A stretch of 63,315 bases of DNA, filler included, from Pelomyxa schiedti (lineage: Eukaryota; Protista; Evosea), in the NCBI GenBank assembly GCA_020536535.1. It is 10 parts of 10 records of this genome, joined end to end, with 100 filler letters (N's around TTAATTAATTAA, not from the genome) between each part and the next. Parts side by side here need not be neighbours in the genome. Positions count along the whole stretch, not along the records: positions 28,185 to 47,460 come from JAHLWZ010000181.1; positions 47,561 to 62,038 come from JAHLWZ010001169.1; 8 more parts are not named here. The stretch is one strand, 5' to 3'. Positions 35,466 through 48,126 of this stretch are shown here, piece after piece. Position 1 is the first letter of the stretch; each line of letters begins with the position of its first letter. The position numbers were made by a program, and so were the translations under genes. Below the pieces are notes generated by a model. The model had not been told where the DNA came from. It saw only the letters and a program-made list of their open reading frames with translations, and did not search any database.

Positions 35466-38078
35466 TCAGGTACCCAGCACACTCAACAGAAAAGCGTCGT
35501 ATTCAGTGTAATTGTGGGTGACGGTGGTGGCTACCTCATATAAGTCCTTCAATGGGAAATTCAGTTTCCTGGAATCAAGACTGTTACCGGATATTGGTGA
35601 GGAGAAAGGGAGAATCAGCGTACATTCCCTGAAGTTTGTATGATACCCCCAGTGCTTGGAAGTACCTATACTTCAGGTCCGTAAACTCTTTTTGTACTAC
35701 TGCCTGGTCCCCTAACTAGAAGTACCTTAGGGTTTGGGCTTGAGAAGTTGTACATACAAGGTAGCTGACATAAAACTCCAGCTCTCTGTTCGTATTGGAT
35801 AAAATCTCACATTTTTGGATCCAATCCCCTGCGAGTTCTTCTCCCTGCATAGGATTAACAAGTGGAAGCGCGAGGCTTGATACCGTTCCGATCGGCCTGA
35901 GACCCCTTGCAGCCAGGTATTTGTGCACAAAGCAGTCCGCTTCGCTGTGCCTTCCTTCAATTTCCGCTGTGAACCTATCTGAAGTTTCGGCTTGGTTTAC
36001 TTCCGGTTGCAGGTCTGTTTCTCCCAGTAGTAACTTGTTCTCTTCCGGCTAAATTAAATTAGAGTTACTACGAAAATACCTTCGGGAAGGGCGTTACTTG
36101 ATTTACATCTTCATCCTTCTGTGTATTAGGATATGTTGCATCATTGAGCCACGCTTCCACACATTTTTCAATAGCTTCTTCCCACCCAAATGCACTATCA
36201 CCTTGAAGCCACTGCCGAAATCTCGCAATTTGGCTTCGCTGCGGAATACAAATTACTTCTCTCATGTATGTTTTTATAAAGTCTTCAATGGTGTGCTGAG
36301 ATAACCACTGCTGGTTGACCGACTCCCTTAGAACCTCGGAGTGCATCTTTGTCTCTTTTTCTCGTTCTTGGTTTTCGGATTCATTGTTGTGCATTACTAG
36401 TCTCTCTACTTCCAGTGAGAGGCACGTGTTCTCAGATTTACATTCATTAAGGAGGTTGTTTGTATTCTGTAATTGTGTCTGAAGCTCTTTAACTTGTAGT
36501 TGAAGGGAAGTAATAATATCTCTATCTACTCCCTATCGGCATTAGTCTCATGAAGAGGTTAAGTTTACACTTTACATCAAGAAGTAGCACTTTTGATCCG
36601 CCTACTGATGGTCGCATGTCTGTGCCTGTAGTTGTAGGTGTATGCTCTTTGATCAAGCAAACCGCGATATCTTCAACCGGCCCACCAAATCTTTTAAGCA
36701 ATTCACCTTGCAACCACTGTGCAAATCGATCTGCCCTACTGCCCTCAGGTAGGTCATTGAGCTCTTTTACTAAGCGGTCAAGGCTCGAGTGCGCATACTC
36801 AACTGGGCTCTGAGACTTGTCTGCTTCAAAGGCCCATATCAATTGGCGCCTTGCTTGGACGTATTGTGCTCGTTCACTGCGAGTCTCTTCCAATTCTTCA
36901 CGGACCTTCTTTAATTCTATTTTCAGAGAGGTATTTTGTGCAAGAATGGAAGTAGTCTCTTTGCAACGCTTTTCTAGGTCCTGGACACGGTTGTTGAGAG
37001 CCTCGTTTTCGGCTTCTAGTGCTGCTATACGAGATTCATCTTTGTGTGTGTATGAATTTGGTGTTGAAGCCTTTCCAACATATGTGGGTTCTAATGTGTT
37101 TTCTTCTTCTACTTCTTCATCCCAATTCGGCTCTTCGAGTACGCCACCCTTTGTCAGCAACCATGATAAAATGGCTTGTTCAATCTGAGGAACCCAAGCA
37201 CATACTGCCTTGGAATTGTCAAGTGCAGATGATCCTGATTGGTACCACTCCCTTAGCCTCGTCGCTCTAGAACGCTGTGGTAATCCATTGATGCTGTTCA
37301 TGTGAAGGGCAGCAAATTCCTCAATTGTCCTCTCCGCCAGCCATCTGGACTCGAATTCCCTCCTGAGCCAGAGTGCCCTTCTCTTTTCACGTTTTGCTAG
37401 TCTTAGCTGTTCCAGGTGCGCCAAAATTGTAAAAATCTCCGAGGTTCCCGCTGAATCCCACTCATCATCAACACTTTCATCCCAGCTACTTTCACCATCA
37501 GAAGAAAGAGTAGTGGTTTGCAAGTCTGAGTCCCGGAGGTGGGGCGGAAAGGAAGGGCTGCTCTCCCCCGATTTAAATCCGCTCCTAGTCGACGGGGATA
37601 ACCCCCCTGGGATAATGTTGAAGGTCCCGCTGGTGCGTAGATCGTCCCACCTTGGCTTGACTACCTCCTGAGTGCCATCCAATAAGAAAGAGGGCACCTC
37701 GGCACCCGATTCAATCCACTTGGAAACAGCTTCCTCAACCTCAGCGTAGTGTACTATCGCCTGTGCACTAGCTTCGGCAGCCAGCCAATCTCTCAAACGG
37801 GCGCTTCTAGAAGTGCTAGAGTTTAGGTCCTCAGTAACATTGTGCATGTGAAGGTCGGCAAAGCACTCACACGACAGTCCCCTGTCGATCCACAGCTCCT
37901 GAAAATCGTCACGCAGGCCCATTGAAGTATTCACGGGCGCTCGTTCGAAAATGGTCTCCAATGGGCCGCGCAAGCCTCGCCGCTGGTCTGAGCAACTTGG
38001 TGGTGTCACAAACTCCAGATCTACGGCGCATAACGGCACATTGAGGTGTTGGAAATCGACATGTGTTGTACGCTCCAT
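35466..38078 (-). CDS. Hypothetical coiled-coil protein with four copies of an unrecognised 65-aa W-rich repeat
   Basis: A 1.5-kb first exon is joined to ORF 36068-36394 by a 43-nt intron. The repeat units align by eye. The 3-prime end is approximate. Confidence 0.75.
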
Positions 38079-38570
38079 GGTAACCTCAGAAAGCAGAGTC
38101 GTAGCAATTACAAGATCTCCACTGCACAAACTGCCACCGACAAAAACGAAGGCGCCACCACTTGGTTGCTTGTTGCTTGTGTTAGTTTCTAAATTGTGTT
38201 AGCGGCGGGTGAAGATTATTGATTTTGAAATGATTTGATAGGGCGCACCTAGAAATACACGACATCTGCACCGGGAAGTGTTGTACAACACGGAAAAAAC
38301 ATCTCCGATCACCGAATCTTCAGCGAAAAGGACACAGAAGAGGGGCCGAAGAAGAGTTCATCAGGTGATGGGATCCAAGCTCCTCACACCGCGGGAGGGG
38401 GGCACGAATTCCTCCGCTCTCCCGAGTGCTCTCTGACACCGAATCTCTCCCAGACCGCCCGACCTTCGCTTAAACGAAAAACAAAAACGGGTGATGGGCA
38501 ACACTAGCGGCACCAGCGACGCCAGGGTAAGAGCGAAGTGCTTTGTGCCATTTGTCAAATTAACAAGTGC

Positions 38571-40271
38571 ATGACAAGGGAGTGTCTGGGGCACCGGTTT
38601 GTTACCGCACTCGCGAGTACGAAAACTTTCATACCAAGATCGGCTGTGGGGCAGAACACAACGTAGTTGTACTTGGTGTTTGCTAAATTTTTTTTTTTCC
38701 CCCCCCTCTGATTTTTCGTAACCTTACAGTATCGTTGCACAGAAAGTGGGCAAGTTTTTTCATGGGGATCCAATCGCTATGGAGAATTGGGACAGGGTGA
38801 CTTGATGAACAGATGTACACCGCACCAAATAACAACGCTTGGAAACTCCACCACTGCTATCACTTGTGGCAGCAAATTTGTTGTGGCTTTACAGAGTATG
38901 AACCCGTACAGCAACGATACTTTCTAATGTGGCAGTTACACAACATAGATTCTGGTCTTGTGTTTTGCTGGGGGGACAATCAAAAGGGCCAGCTCGGACT
39001 TGGTGAAGGACTCCCCAATGTAATTCTCACACCCCGAGAAAACATTTTTCTGCGTACTAGAATGGTTACAACATTATCTTGTGGTGCTGAGCACACTGTG
39101 GCATTGGTGGGTGAGTGTAGAAAGAAGGAATATCCAAATAAAGTTACTCCCCACAACATCAGAAACTGGCAGCGTGCTAAGCTGGGGGAGTAATAGTTTT
39201 GGTCAGCTAGGATTGGGGACTACGGTACCTGACATTCAACCAGCACCAGCTGAGGTTCTTTTCTTCTCTCAACTGAATGAGAATGTGGCCAGTATTAAAT
39301 GTGGCTGCTGGCATACAGTTGCTTTATCAAGTACTCGACCTTGAGGTTTTAATTCGTTCATTTCTTGTTCAGAGTCTGGTGTTATATACAGTTGGGGAAG
39401 TAATAAATTCGGCCAATTGGGTCTAAAACATAACACCGACAAGCACACTCCAGAAGTAATTCGGTTCTTCCGGGATAAAGTGTCTTCCTTTGATTGCGGT
39501 TCTTTTCATACTGCCGCTGTTCTAAGTATGTAGTTCTGTATACACGATTTTGTTTATGACACTCCAGCAAAAAGCCTCCAAAAGAGTATTCACCTGGGGG
39601 AATAATGATACAGGGCAACTGGGTCTTGGTAATTACGAAGCTAAGAACACTCCAGAGGAAGTTATTCTACTTGCTGATAAACAAATCTCTCGAGTTGTTT
39701 GTGGTGCTTTTTTTACTACCGTCATGCTTGGTGAGGACATTCTTTTTTGACGTGGAAACCTAATTGAACTCAGATACTGGTGATGTAATGGGATGGGGAA
39801 TGAATTTTGACCCGCAGCTTGACCGCGAACTACCCACGGAGCCACATCCACTCATTACAGGAATGAAAGTCACCACAATATCCTGTGGCTGGGGTCATTA
39901 TGTCGCTCTCCTAAGTAACTTTTTTCTTCTCCCGGACCTGTTATTGCTAATAATCTTCTCACCTTAGAAAACGGGTCACTTATAACTTGTGGTGATAATG
40001 GCAGTGGCCAACTTGGGTGTGGTGATACCGAGCCCAAAGTCAAACCACAAGAGATTGTAGAATTCCGCAGAAAAATAGGAACCCGACAAAGAAACCAAGC
40101 AATCACCTTACTGGTAATCCAGCAGTATTCCGTTCCAATTCACAAGAATCTTCTGCACAGATGGTGGATTGGAAAAGGAGGGGAATATTCAGTGCATTCA
40201 CAATACACATCATACAGTACATTTTCGAGGTGGGCTGGTGTTGCCCACTGCCCTCCCCCTTGTTGCCATAA
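38571..40271 (+). CDS. RCC1-repeat beta-propeller protein with a short C-terminal helical module (multi-exon, start approximate)
   Basis: Seven RCC1 motifs, e.g. SWGSNSFGQLGLG, CGAEHTVAL, CGCWHTVAL, TWGNNDTGQLGLG. Confidence 0.9.
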
Positions 40272-40411
40272 ATAACAGCATATCACCACAACAACCTCGT
40301 TGGTGCTAAGTTTCTCACCCGAGTAGAAATCAATGAACCTTTTGATCAAGAGATGCAGAGGGTTCCAAATTCGATCAATCATTTCGGGGACCGCGACCGA
40401 ACGACCGAAAC

Positions 40412-42580
40412 ATGTGGGGGCCACAACGAGAGTGGACGGGGAGCACTTCCGACGTGGAAAGTAGAAAGGGGTGCTGTGGACGATGGGCCAAGAAGGTCAT
40501 GGACTGGTGGATTCCCCCTGGGGTGCCTAGGTCGCCTTGTACCACGACTCCCTTACTCATACCTCTCTCTCTCCTTTTTTTTTTTTTTTCCCCTCTCTTT
40601 AGAGGTAGCTTTTTTGCTGTGATGTGGCTGGTCACGTGTGAGGGCTTTATGTGGAACTGCGTACTTGTTTACATTGGATTTTTGGTATTATTTATGCCCA
40701 TAATTTTTTTTTTCCTCATTGAGGCCGATATCAAGGTGGAGGATTATGTAACAAATGATCCTAACACAGTTGGCTTTTATACTGGATTCCCGTCCATGGT
40801 GTACCATGCTGGACAGGTTTTCACCTTACGCTTATTATGCATTCTACAGCACTGAACTGGCTGCCTTTAGTTGCTCAGTGTATTTGTTTCGGGGTATGCC
40901 TCTGATAAATGGGGCCGGAGAGTGGTTTTGCTGATTGGAGCTTGTGGAAGCTTTGTTACTGCTATTGTGATGTGCTTCACATGTAATTTCCTCTACGTGG
41001 TGATTTGCAGAGGGTTCAATGGTCTATTTTGCGCGTTTGTGTCCCCAACAAGATTTCTCGCCCAGTAACATTTTGTTAGACAAATAGGAGTGATAAAAGT
41101 ATGCACAAATTCAAGGAAACGTTTGTTGTTTTGGAAAATAAATTTTGATAGGCATACCTTTCTGATATAGCTGGGAAGGATAACCGAGTAATAGTATTCT
41201 CGAGGTTCAGTCTTCTGTCAGCATTTGGGGGCATTGCTGGCTCGCTGTTAGCTGGCTACACAGTAAGACCTGCTGTTTTGTAAGACATTACTCCTTTTCT
41301 GAAATTGATGTTCACTAAGGCAGGTACCCTAACATTGTAGGAAGTGATGCCTTTCTCGCTCGCTTTCCATACTTCATACCGAATTTTATCCAAACGCTAT
41401 CTTATTCTGGAGCCATACTAGCTTCACTGAAATGGCTGAAAGATGTCCCAAGGGCACCTCCAAAAATTGAACTGATGGCTCTCACCAAGGAGTCTGAAAC
41501 CTCAACCTCAGTTGAAATTTATGAACAGCAAATTGAGACAATTGCATCACTTGATACCCCAGTTGCTGTAACAGAGAAGATTGTGGCAACAATGTCTGAG
41601 GGTGATGAAACTTTAAGGAGTGAAAACCCCGAAGGCATTATTGTTAGCACCACACCTTCCAGTGAGGAGGAGAAAAACCCTGTAAAGAAAACTTGGACAC
41701 GGCGTGATTGGATCATACCCATTCTCTTGTGCATTGTTTATGGTGTTTCCGGATTAGCAGTGGCATTTCTGAAGAATATCATACCAGTAACCGATCGTGC
41801 TACTCTATCATTTTCTCATTTCTCGAATAGATTTGGGCAATGTCAGACATTGATAGTGGTGGCCTTGGATTCAACACCAAACAAGTTGGAATACTAAATA
41901 GTATCTTTGGAGGACTTGTGAGCTCTAAAATCTTTTCTATTCCTTGTATTAACATTGACACTAGACGATCGTGATACAACTTTTCTTCTATGACCCCGTT
42001 GTTAAAAAATTGCAGTATGTATCGTTCCTTGTGTGCATAAATTGACACTGTGCAGTCTACTTTGGACATTACGTATTGGTTGTATCCTGGCAGTTCCGGC
42101 ATTTCTAGCACAACCTACAATTAATCGACTTGCTGACATCAATATTGTGATGTGGGTTGTATTAATAGCTCTCTGTGCTGTACAGCAATACGCAGTTCAG
42201 CTGAATTTTACCCCTATATTTACACTCATTTCCAACAGTGTCGATGCAGGTAATTTTCAAAAGAAATGCCTCATAGTGAACTAACAAAACAAAATTTTCT
42301 AAAAGTAAGGTCCGGAAAAGTAAACGGGATTGGGCAGACAGTTGCATCCATTGGCCGCTGTGTGGGCCCTCTTTCTGCCACAGTCCTCTTTGGTGCATAA
42401 CTTCCCACAGATTCTACCTTCACTAACTGAATGTATTTGCCAGCATGGACCCTTGAGAACGGACTGGGATTTCCACTGGATTACCGGTTCTCGTTTATAG
42501 TCACTGCCTCGATCCCTCTGATTTCGCTCCTCCTCACAATCAGACTCCCAAAATCACTCAACTACCCATATCAAGGATGA
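40412..42580 (+). CDS. Major facilitator superfamily transporter, ZIFL/TCR-like (multi-exon)
   Basis: Motif A SGYASDKWGRRVVLL, ICRGFNGLF, AYLSDI, GKVNGIGQTVASIGRCVGP, and multiple TM exons. Confidence 0.88.
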
Positions 42581-42634
42581 AAGAATTTTCCTTCCTGTCA
42601 GTTTTTTCTTGTTGTCTCTGAGGGGTGGTGTTAT

Positions 42635-44220
42635 TTACAATTTGGAGTGGTGTCTATCATCCCAATACACTTTTGTGAACCCAGAGATCGTCGTCAGGAT
42701 TACAGGTGGAGTAAGACACTGTGGTCCACTTCTCTGGTTTTGGTGGAATAGGTCCAGCTACTACTTTGTTTTACCACAAGCCGGGCTACATGATCCAGGC
42801 TTCATGAAAATTAAAAAAAGGGCAGCTAGGCTCTACATCCTCGGGGGTTCCGATTGGATTGACAAGCGTATGCTTACGGGAAGAGACTCTTCGAAGCTTA
42901 ACGACAGATCCTGAGGTGTTTTGACAAGCCGCCCCGAAATTCAAAGGAAAGTCGAATCCCTCATACGTAACTATGGGTTGATTCGCTGTAGAATTCAAAA
43001 AATAAAATGCTCCTGCTGTGTAGTTGTTGCGGTTGCGGTTGCTGTGGCGGTTGTGTCTGAGGCTTCTGCGGCAGAGGCGGAGACGGCGTTGGCGCTTGTG
43101 GTGGCGGTTGCACTTTGATTTCGTACCGTGAGTTGCTTGAAACCCAGCATGTTGTTTGTCAGCATAGCGGCTAAAAAGATGTGGTCATTGTCGGGTGAAC
43201 GAGCAACACCAATCCCAATGCACTCAGAGTTGGGTATGTCAATCACTGTGTTGGGGGTGGTGGATTTGCATGTGTGAACTTGTGAGTCAGCCCCAACCCA
43301 GAACACAAGGCGGTGTCATATAGGTCACACGTAGAAAACGATGCGCTGGGCGTTCTACTCCAATAAGTACTGCTTTTTTCCAATAAGTCCACTTGAAAGT
43401 TGACAGATCCATCTGTGCCCAGTATAGAGCGTTATTTTCACATGTGATGAAAACACAAATAGAATCGAAAGAGGGTAGCAAAGCCACTGCTGGATCGCAG
43501 TTTGGGCAGATAGTTTGCAACACCCAATTGGTGATAGTCACAAACTTCTGCCAATCAACCTCATAGTAGCTCCATTGCAGTCTATGGGTTTTTGTGTGTA
43601 CAATGAAACACTTGACCACGCCGTTGACAAACAGCTACTCGACCAATGACCTCGGGGGACCCTGTAACTTCCTTCCACTCATCCCATTCCTGGGTTTCTG
43701 TGTTGTATATTCGGTAACTGACACGGTTTGACATGTTAGTGGTGAACACCCATATCGTATCACTGACCCACACAACAGAGGGAATAGAATTTATGGTATC
43801 TCCTGATGCTAGAGACCACTGATTGTAATGCTTGAGCAGATAATCGCATTGCTGGCGAAGGGGTCAGTTAGTAAATGGTGAATTGGAACGGGGGCTCCAT
43901 ATTCTATGACAACCCAGAGGTTTGAGTGATGCAGACCACACTGCTGAATCAAGAGCATCTGTATTGCATCCCCCCCTCACATTTAAGGCAATTACCTCCG
44001 TCACCTCTTTGGAAGTATAACCGGTGTTATGGAAGTTGTGGCCCAGCTTGATGGTCAATTAGTTTTCGCGCCTGTTGCAGAGTTGCTGCTCGTTCAATCA
44101 TCCCCTTTTCATCATCACCTTTTCGATTTAAACATGGTACGAGAACCCCCCCCAAAAAAATTCACACAAACAGTGAGGAGTTTCTTGCTCTCCGCGCATA
44201 TGATGTTCAGCTTCAATTCC
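42635..44220 (-). pseudogene. Decayed MACPF C-terminal half plus lectin-like (PLL/AAL-type) beta-propeller
   Basis: TPHCLCEFFWGG, then GG-x10-W-xx-SLKP-(frameshift)-WVVIEYGAPVPIHHLL. Blades such as PSVVWVSDTIWVFTTNMSNRVSYRIYNTETQEWDEW and PAVALLPSFDSICVFITCENNALYW...KWTYW. At least three frameshifts and several in-frame stops. Confidence 0.65.
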
Positions 44221-44381
44221 ACCTGGGCATTCATAGTTGATCCGCCAGCAGAGATGCACCTGTTATTTCGAGTAAGTACTAGCTCTTTCTTTTCGTTCGC
44301 GTGGTTGCTGTGATTTAGCTTAAATCACATCTTTTTGCGACGTTGAACTACTTGTGTTTGTGCATTTTCTTGGGGCAGAAA

Positions 44382-46900
44382 ATGAGCGACACTGCGTGCT
44401 TGGGGACAACAAAACGAAAATACACTGTTGTTGAGCTTGAAGGTAAAAAGTATGGTGTCAAGCTGGCAGAAACATCGAACCTGGCCACTGCGAGGAAGGT
44501 AATACGCACCGAACTTGAGGTTGAACTGACCGGTCGCACTTGGTTGTTTGCGGATCCGAATGACTCCATGAGAAAGCTCTGGGAAGTTCGTATCTTCCTT
44601 TCCAATTTTGCCATTACAATGCTCATTCGAATATCAAAGGGAATGGAGGCTGTAGTCACTCTTGAGAAGGCACTCTCTTGTGCCACTGCATCTCTGAGAC
44701 TGATAGTTTCCACCTCGCGTGCGTCAGCACCTCCCATTCTATTTGCAAAGGGTTCTGAGAAATCAGCTGCAAAGACCGAGATTGACCAAGTCACAATACC
44801 AAAGTTGATCTCTCAAGAAGAGTTTCATCTTCTTAGAGCAGCGCTCTGGAAGCGGAAGCATATTACTAAAGTGGGAAGACAAACGAATCACTTATGGAGT
44901 TGTTGCTACTTCCAGACGGTGACCATAGCCTAAAAGAGGTGATAACTGGGATTGGATTGCCACAAGCACTATGTCCAAATGGCACTGCGCCTCTGGGAAC
45001 GGCCAAACTCACATTCGATGACGATGCCAGCATGCTGAAACTCGTGCACGAGAACATCTGGGCTGTAAATGAGATCTCGACCTACACCCACGCCTACACG
45101 TCTCTGGGTGAAAGGAATGGATTTCATCTTTACGGAGTTGCTCCACACACTGTACAACTGTAAACTGGGGTGCGGGGTTTGACTCTTCCTTTGCACTTGA
45201 ATGTACAAATCAAGGTGAAGCTGTTACTGCAAAGCATTTGGAGCTTTGTACTGGGTGGCACGTGGTGAAAAAAGTTGAGATTCATATCCCAAAGAAGTTC
45301 ATTCAACTTAGCAGTGATGTAAATCCTGACTTTGATCAAGCTGCCAAGAACAATGCAAGATGCGATCAAGAAACATGGCGTATTCATTTTCAGCGACTAC
45401 GTCATTGGCGGTGTGCTGTATTATACACATAACCTGGGTCAAACCAATAGTTTCGAAGCATCAAAGAAAGAGTTTTCTATGGCATTTGCCCTGGCAATTA
45501 CTGGGAAAAAGGCATTTACAGGTTCTGGTGCTATAGCTGCCAAAGGGGAGAAAGCAGGACGGGGGCTTGATGTATCAAAAATATCCTATGAACACATCCA
45601 CCTCTTTGAGGGGGTACTAAAGGGACTAATGACAGTACAACACACTGGGCAGAATCTCTGAAGCCAAGTAATTGGCAGGTAGTTGCGTACAGCAACCCTG
45701 TTCATTCATCTCATCTCATCTTCATCACCCCTGGGGTATCACTGACTGGCTGCCATGAAACATAAAAACAAACCACCAAATAGAGGAAGTGATTGGGAGA
45801 CTGGGGCAGCCACGATTGTGCCAATCAACAAGGTCCCTCATTCTCCTCCAACCAACAAAGGCAGGCATCCTGACAGGATACACTGTTTTTGTGTCCAGGA
45901 AAGGTGTTTGTCTACCATGTGGACCTTTGTGCTTGTTGTTTGGAAGAGGTTGGTTACCCCTAAAACCTTCACCCCTGGGTGAAGGTTTTGAGAGGAAAAA
46001 AAGCTTCGCCCCATGGGTGAAGAAAAAAGGGTGAAGGTGTCAGTGTTTTCTGCTCTCAAGCTTCACCCCAAAACCTCCGCCCCATGATCCAGTTATGCAC
46101 CCCTAAGTTATAGAAAGTACAACATGTAGCTGCACAGGCATGTGTCCTGGTTCTTGGTTCAGCCCACACAAACGGCAGNNNNNNNNNNNNNNNNNNNNNN
46201 NNNNNNNNNNNNNNNNNNNNNNNNNNNNNNNNNNNNNNNNNNNNNNNNNNNNNNNNNNNNNNNNNNNNNNNNNNNNNNCAAGGTCCCTCATTCTCCTCCA
46301 ACCAACAAAGGCAGGCATCCTGACAGGATACACTGTTTTTGTGTCCAGGAAACAACAACAAATATCAGTGAGATACTGGATCTCAACAAGAAAAACTGGG
46401 GTGTCTTGCTGTCCAACATGTACTTTCCTTTGAAAACATGTGGCAGTCCAGAAGTACTTCCCATCAACTTCAGTCATTCCACCCTTGGTACAACCTTTTT
46501 CATTTAAGGCTTGAAAAGCTTGCCTTTTCTTGATCTCTGCTTGTCTCTACTGGCTTGCACTGTGGACAACTCTTGAATGAAATTTGCTTTGCCCTCAAAC
46601 TCATGGTTAGCAGCCAGATCCAACACTTCCTTCAGAACTGGATTCAGCCCAGCGCTTCACAAGACCTGCATCTGGAGTTGTCAAGAACAATGCTATCTCT
46701 GATAGAATGGGCATCACCTTGTGAAGATGTTATGCTTGAGAGTTTATTTATCACTGTACCACTTCCCTTTAAAGGATCCTTGACAGAAGACTGAGTACGG
46801 TTGCCAGTGCCATCAGAGGGCCTAGGTGTGCTCACATTTACCCCTTTGGTGTGCTTTGTTGTGGAGTCTGATTGTATTTAAAGGTCAAAATGTAAAAATT
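44382..46900 (+). pseudogene. MACPF (perforin-like) gene with propeller-like C-terminus, disrupted by frameshifts and an insertion
   Basis: Signature-like KKHGVFIFSDYVIGG. C-terminal GGTKGTNDSTTHWAESLKPSNWQVVAYSNPV. Frameshifts near 45155, 45350 and 45610. Downstream DRIHCF...DLNKKNW and AQRFTR match the paralogue's DSICVF...DLSTFKW and AHRFLR. End approximate. Confidence 0.75.
45903..46178 (+). mobile_element. Palindrome-rich non-coding insertion (MITE/foldback-like), copy 1, truncated at a gap
   Basis: Interrupts the coding sequence after GTCCAGGAAA. The uninterrupted site appears at 46279-46360. Near-identical to 47179-47460. Confidence 0.7.
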
Positions 46901-47178
46901 GTTGCTTTTTCAAGCAAGGCTCAGTAGAGGTGCAAAAAGATGAGATGATTATAATGTCATTGTCTGGGTTGTGGTTGACACTGCTGGTTGTGTTGCCACT
47001 TCAGTCATCTCCAATGATTCATTTGACTCACACTGAGATGTTTGGGACTGTTGCTGATGCCTTTTTGGCTTGTTTGAGGAAGGGATATTTGTTTTTTTCA
47101 AGGAAATCAGACCATCAAAACTTTTCCCTCAGTGAAACCTTCACCCCACCAGGGTGTTCACTTTGGCTCACTCAGTAA

Positions 47179-47460
47179 GGTGTTTGTCTACCATGTGGAC
47201 CTTTGTGCTTGTTGTTTGGAAGAGGTTGGTTACCCCTAAAACCTTCACCCCTGGGTGAAGGTTTTGAGAGGAAAAAAAGCAAAACCTTCACCCCATGGGT
47301 GAAGAAAAAAGGGTGAAGGTGTCAGTGTTTTCTGCTATAAAGCTTCACCCCAAAACCTCCGCCCCATGATCCAGTTATGCACCCCTAAGTTATAGAAAGT
47401 ACAACATGTAGCTGCACAGGCATGTGTCCTGGTTCTTGGTTCAGCCCACACAAACGGCAG
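47179..47460 (+). mobile_element. Palindrome-rich non-coding insertion, copy 2, truncated at contig end
   Basis: Same start (GGTGTTTGTCTACC) and same truncation point (CACAAACGGCAG) as copy 1. Confidence 0.7.
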
Positions 47461-48126
47461 NNNNNNNNNNNNNNNNNNNNNNNNNNNNNNNNNNNNNNNN
47501 NNNNTTAATTAATTAANNNNNNNNNNNNNNNNNNNNNNNNNNNNNNNNNNNNNNNNNNNNCTGGCAATCACCGCATACTGGTGGGTCTTCCACTTCCGTC
47601 AGACTCGGAGATCAGGCTCCAAGGAAGACTGCGGAGTAGATCTTGATCATCAAGAAAATTCATCGCCCAACAATGTTCCGTCGGGTGTCCAAACGACGTC
47701 CAGACAGAGCCCGTATGTTACGGTGTGCATGTAGTGCCATGGAGACCGCCGCTCTGATTGCCACACAGTCAAAGTAGATTGTGGGACCGTGCGTGCATTG
47801 TCACCTGGCTAGTGCACGTGTCGGGGGGTGGAGTTGTTGTATGTGGCTATTGCGTCGCCTCACACCCAGCCACTGTCTCCCGGTGCCTCGGAATTGTGGG
47901 TACACACCGCGCCGTGCTCCCACATCGGCCGAGATCGGTGCACCCTTGATTTTACGCCAAACTCTCTCAACGAGGTTGTCCCATAATTGGGCCGAAGGGT
48001 GGCCATAAATGTACGTTGTGGCCGACGGGACAAACCCACGGCATCGTCGCGGTCGTTCGGCGTGGTTTTCCGTTTGTACAAGAATTTAATTACTTTTTGG
48101 AAAAGCACTTGTTTTTACCATAACGT

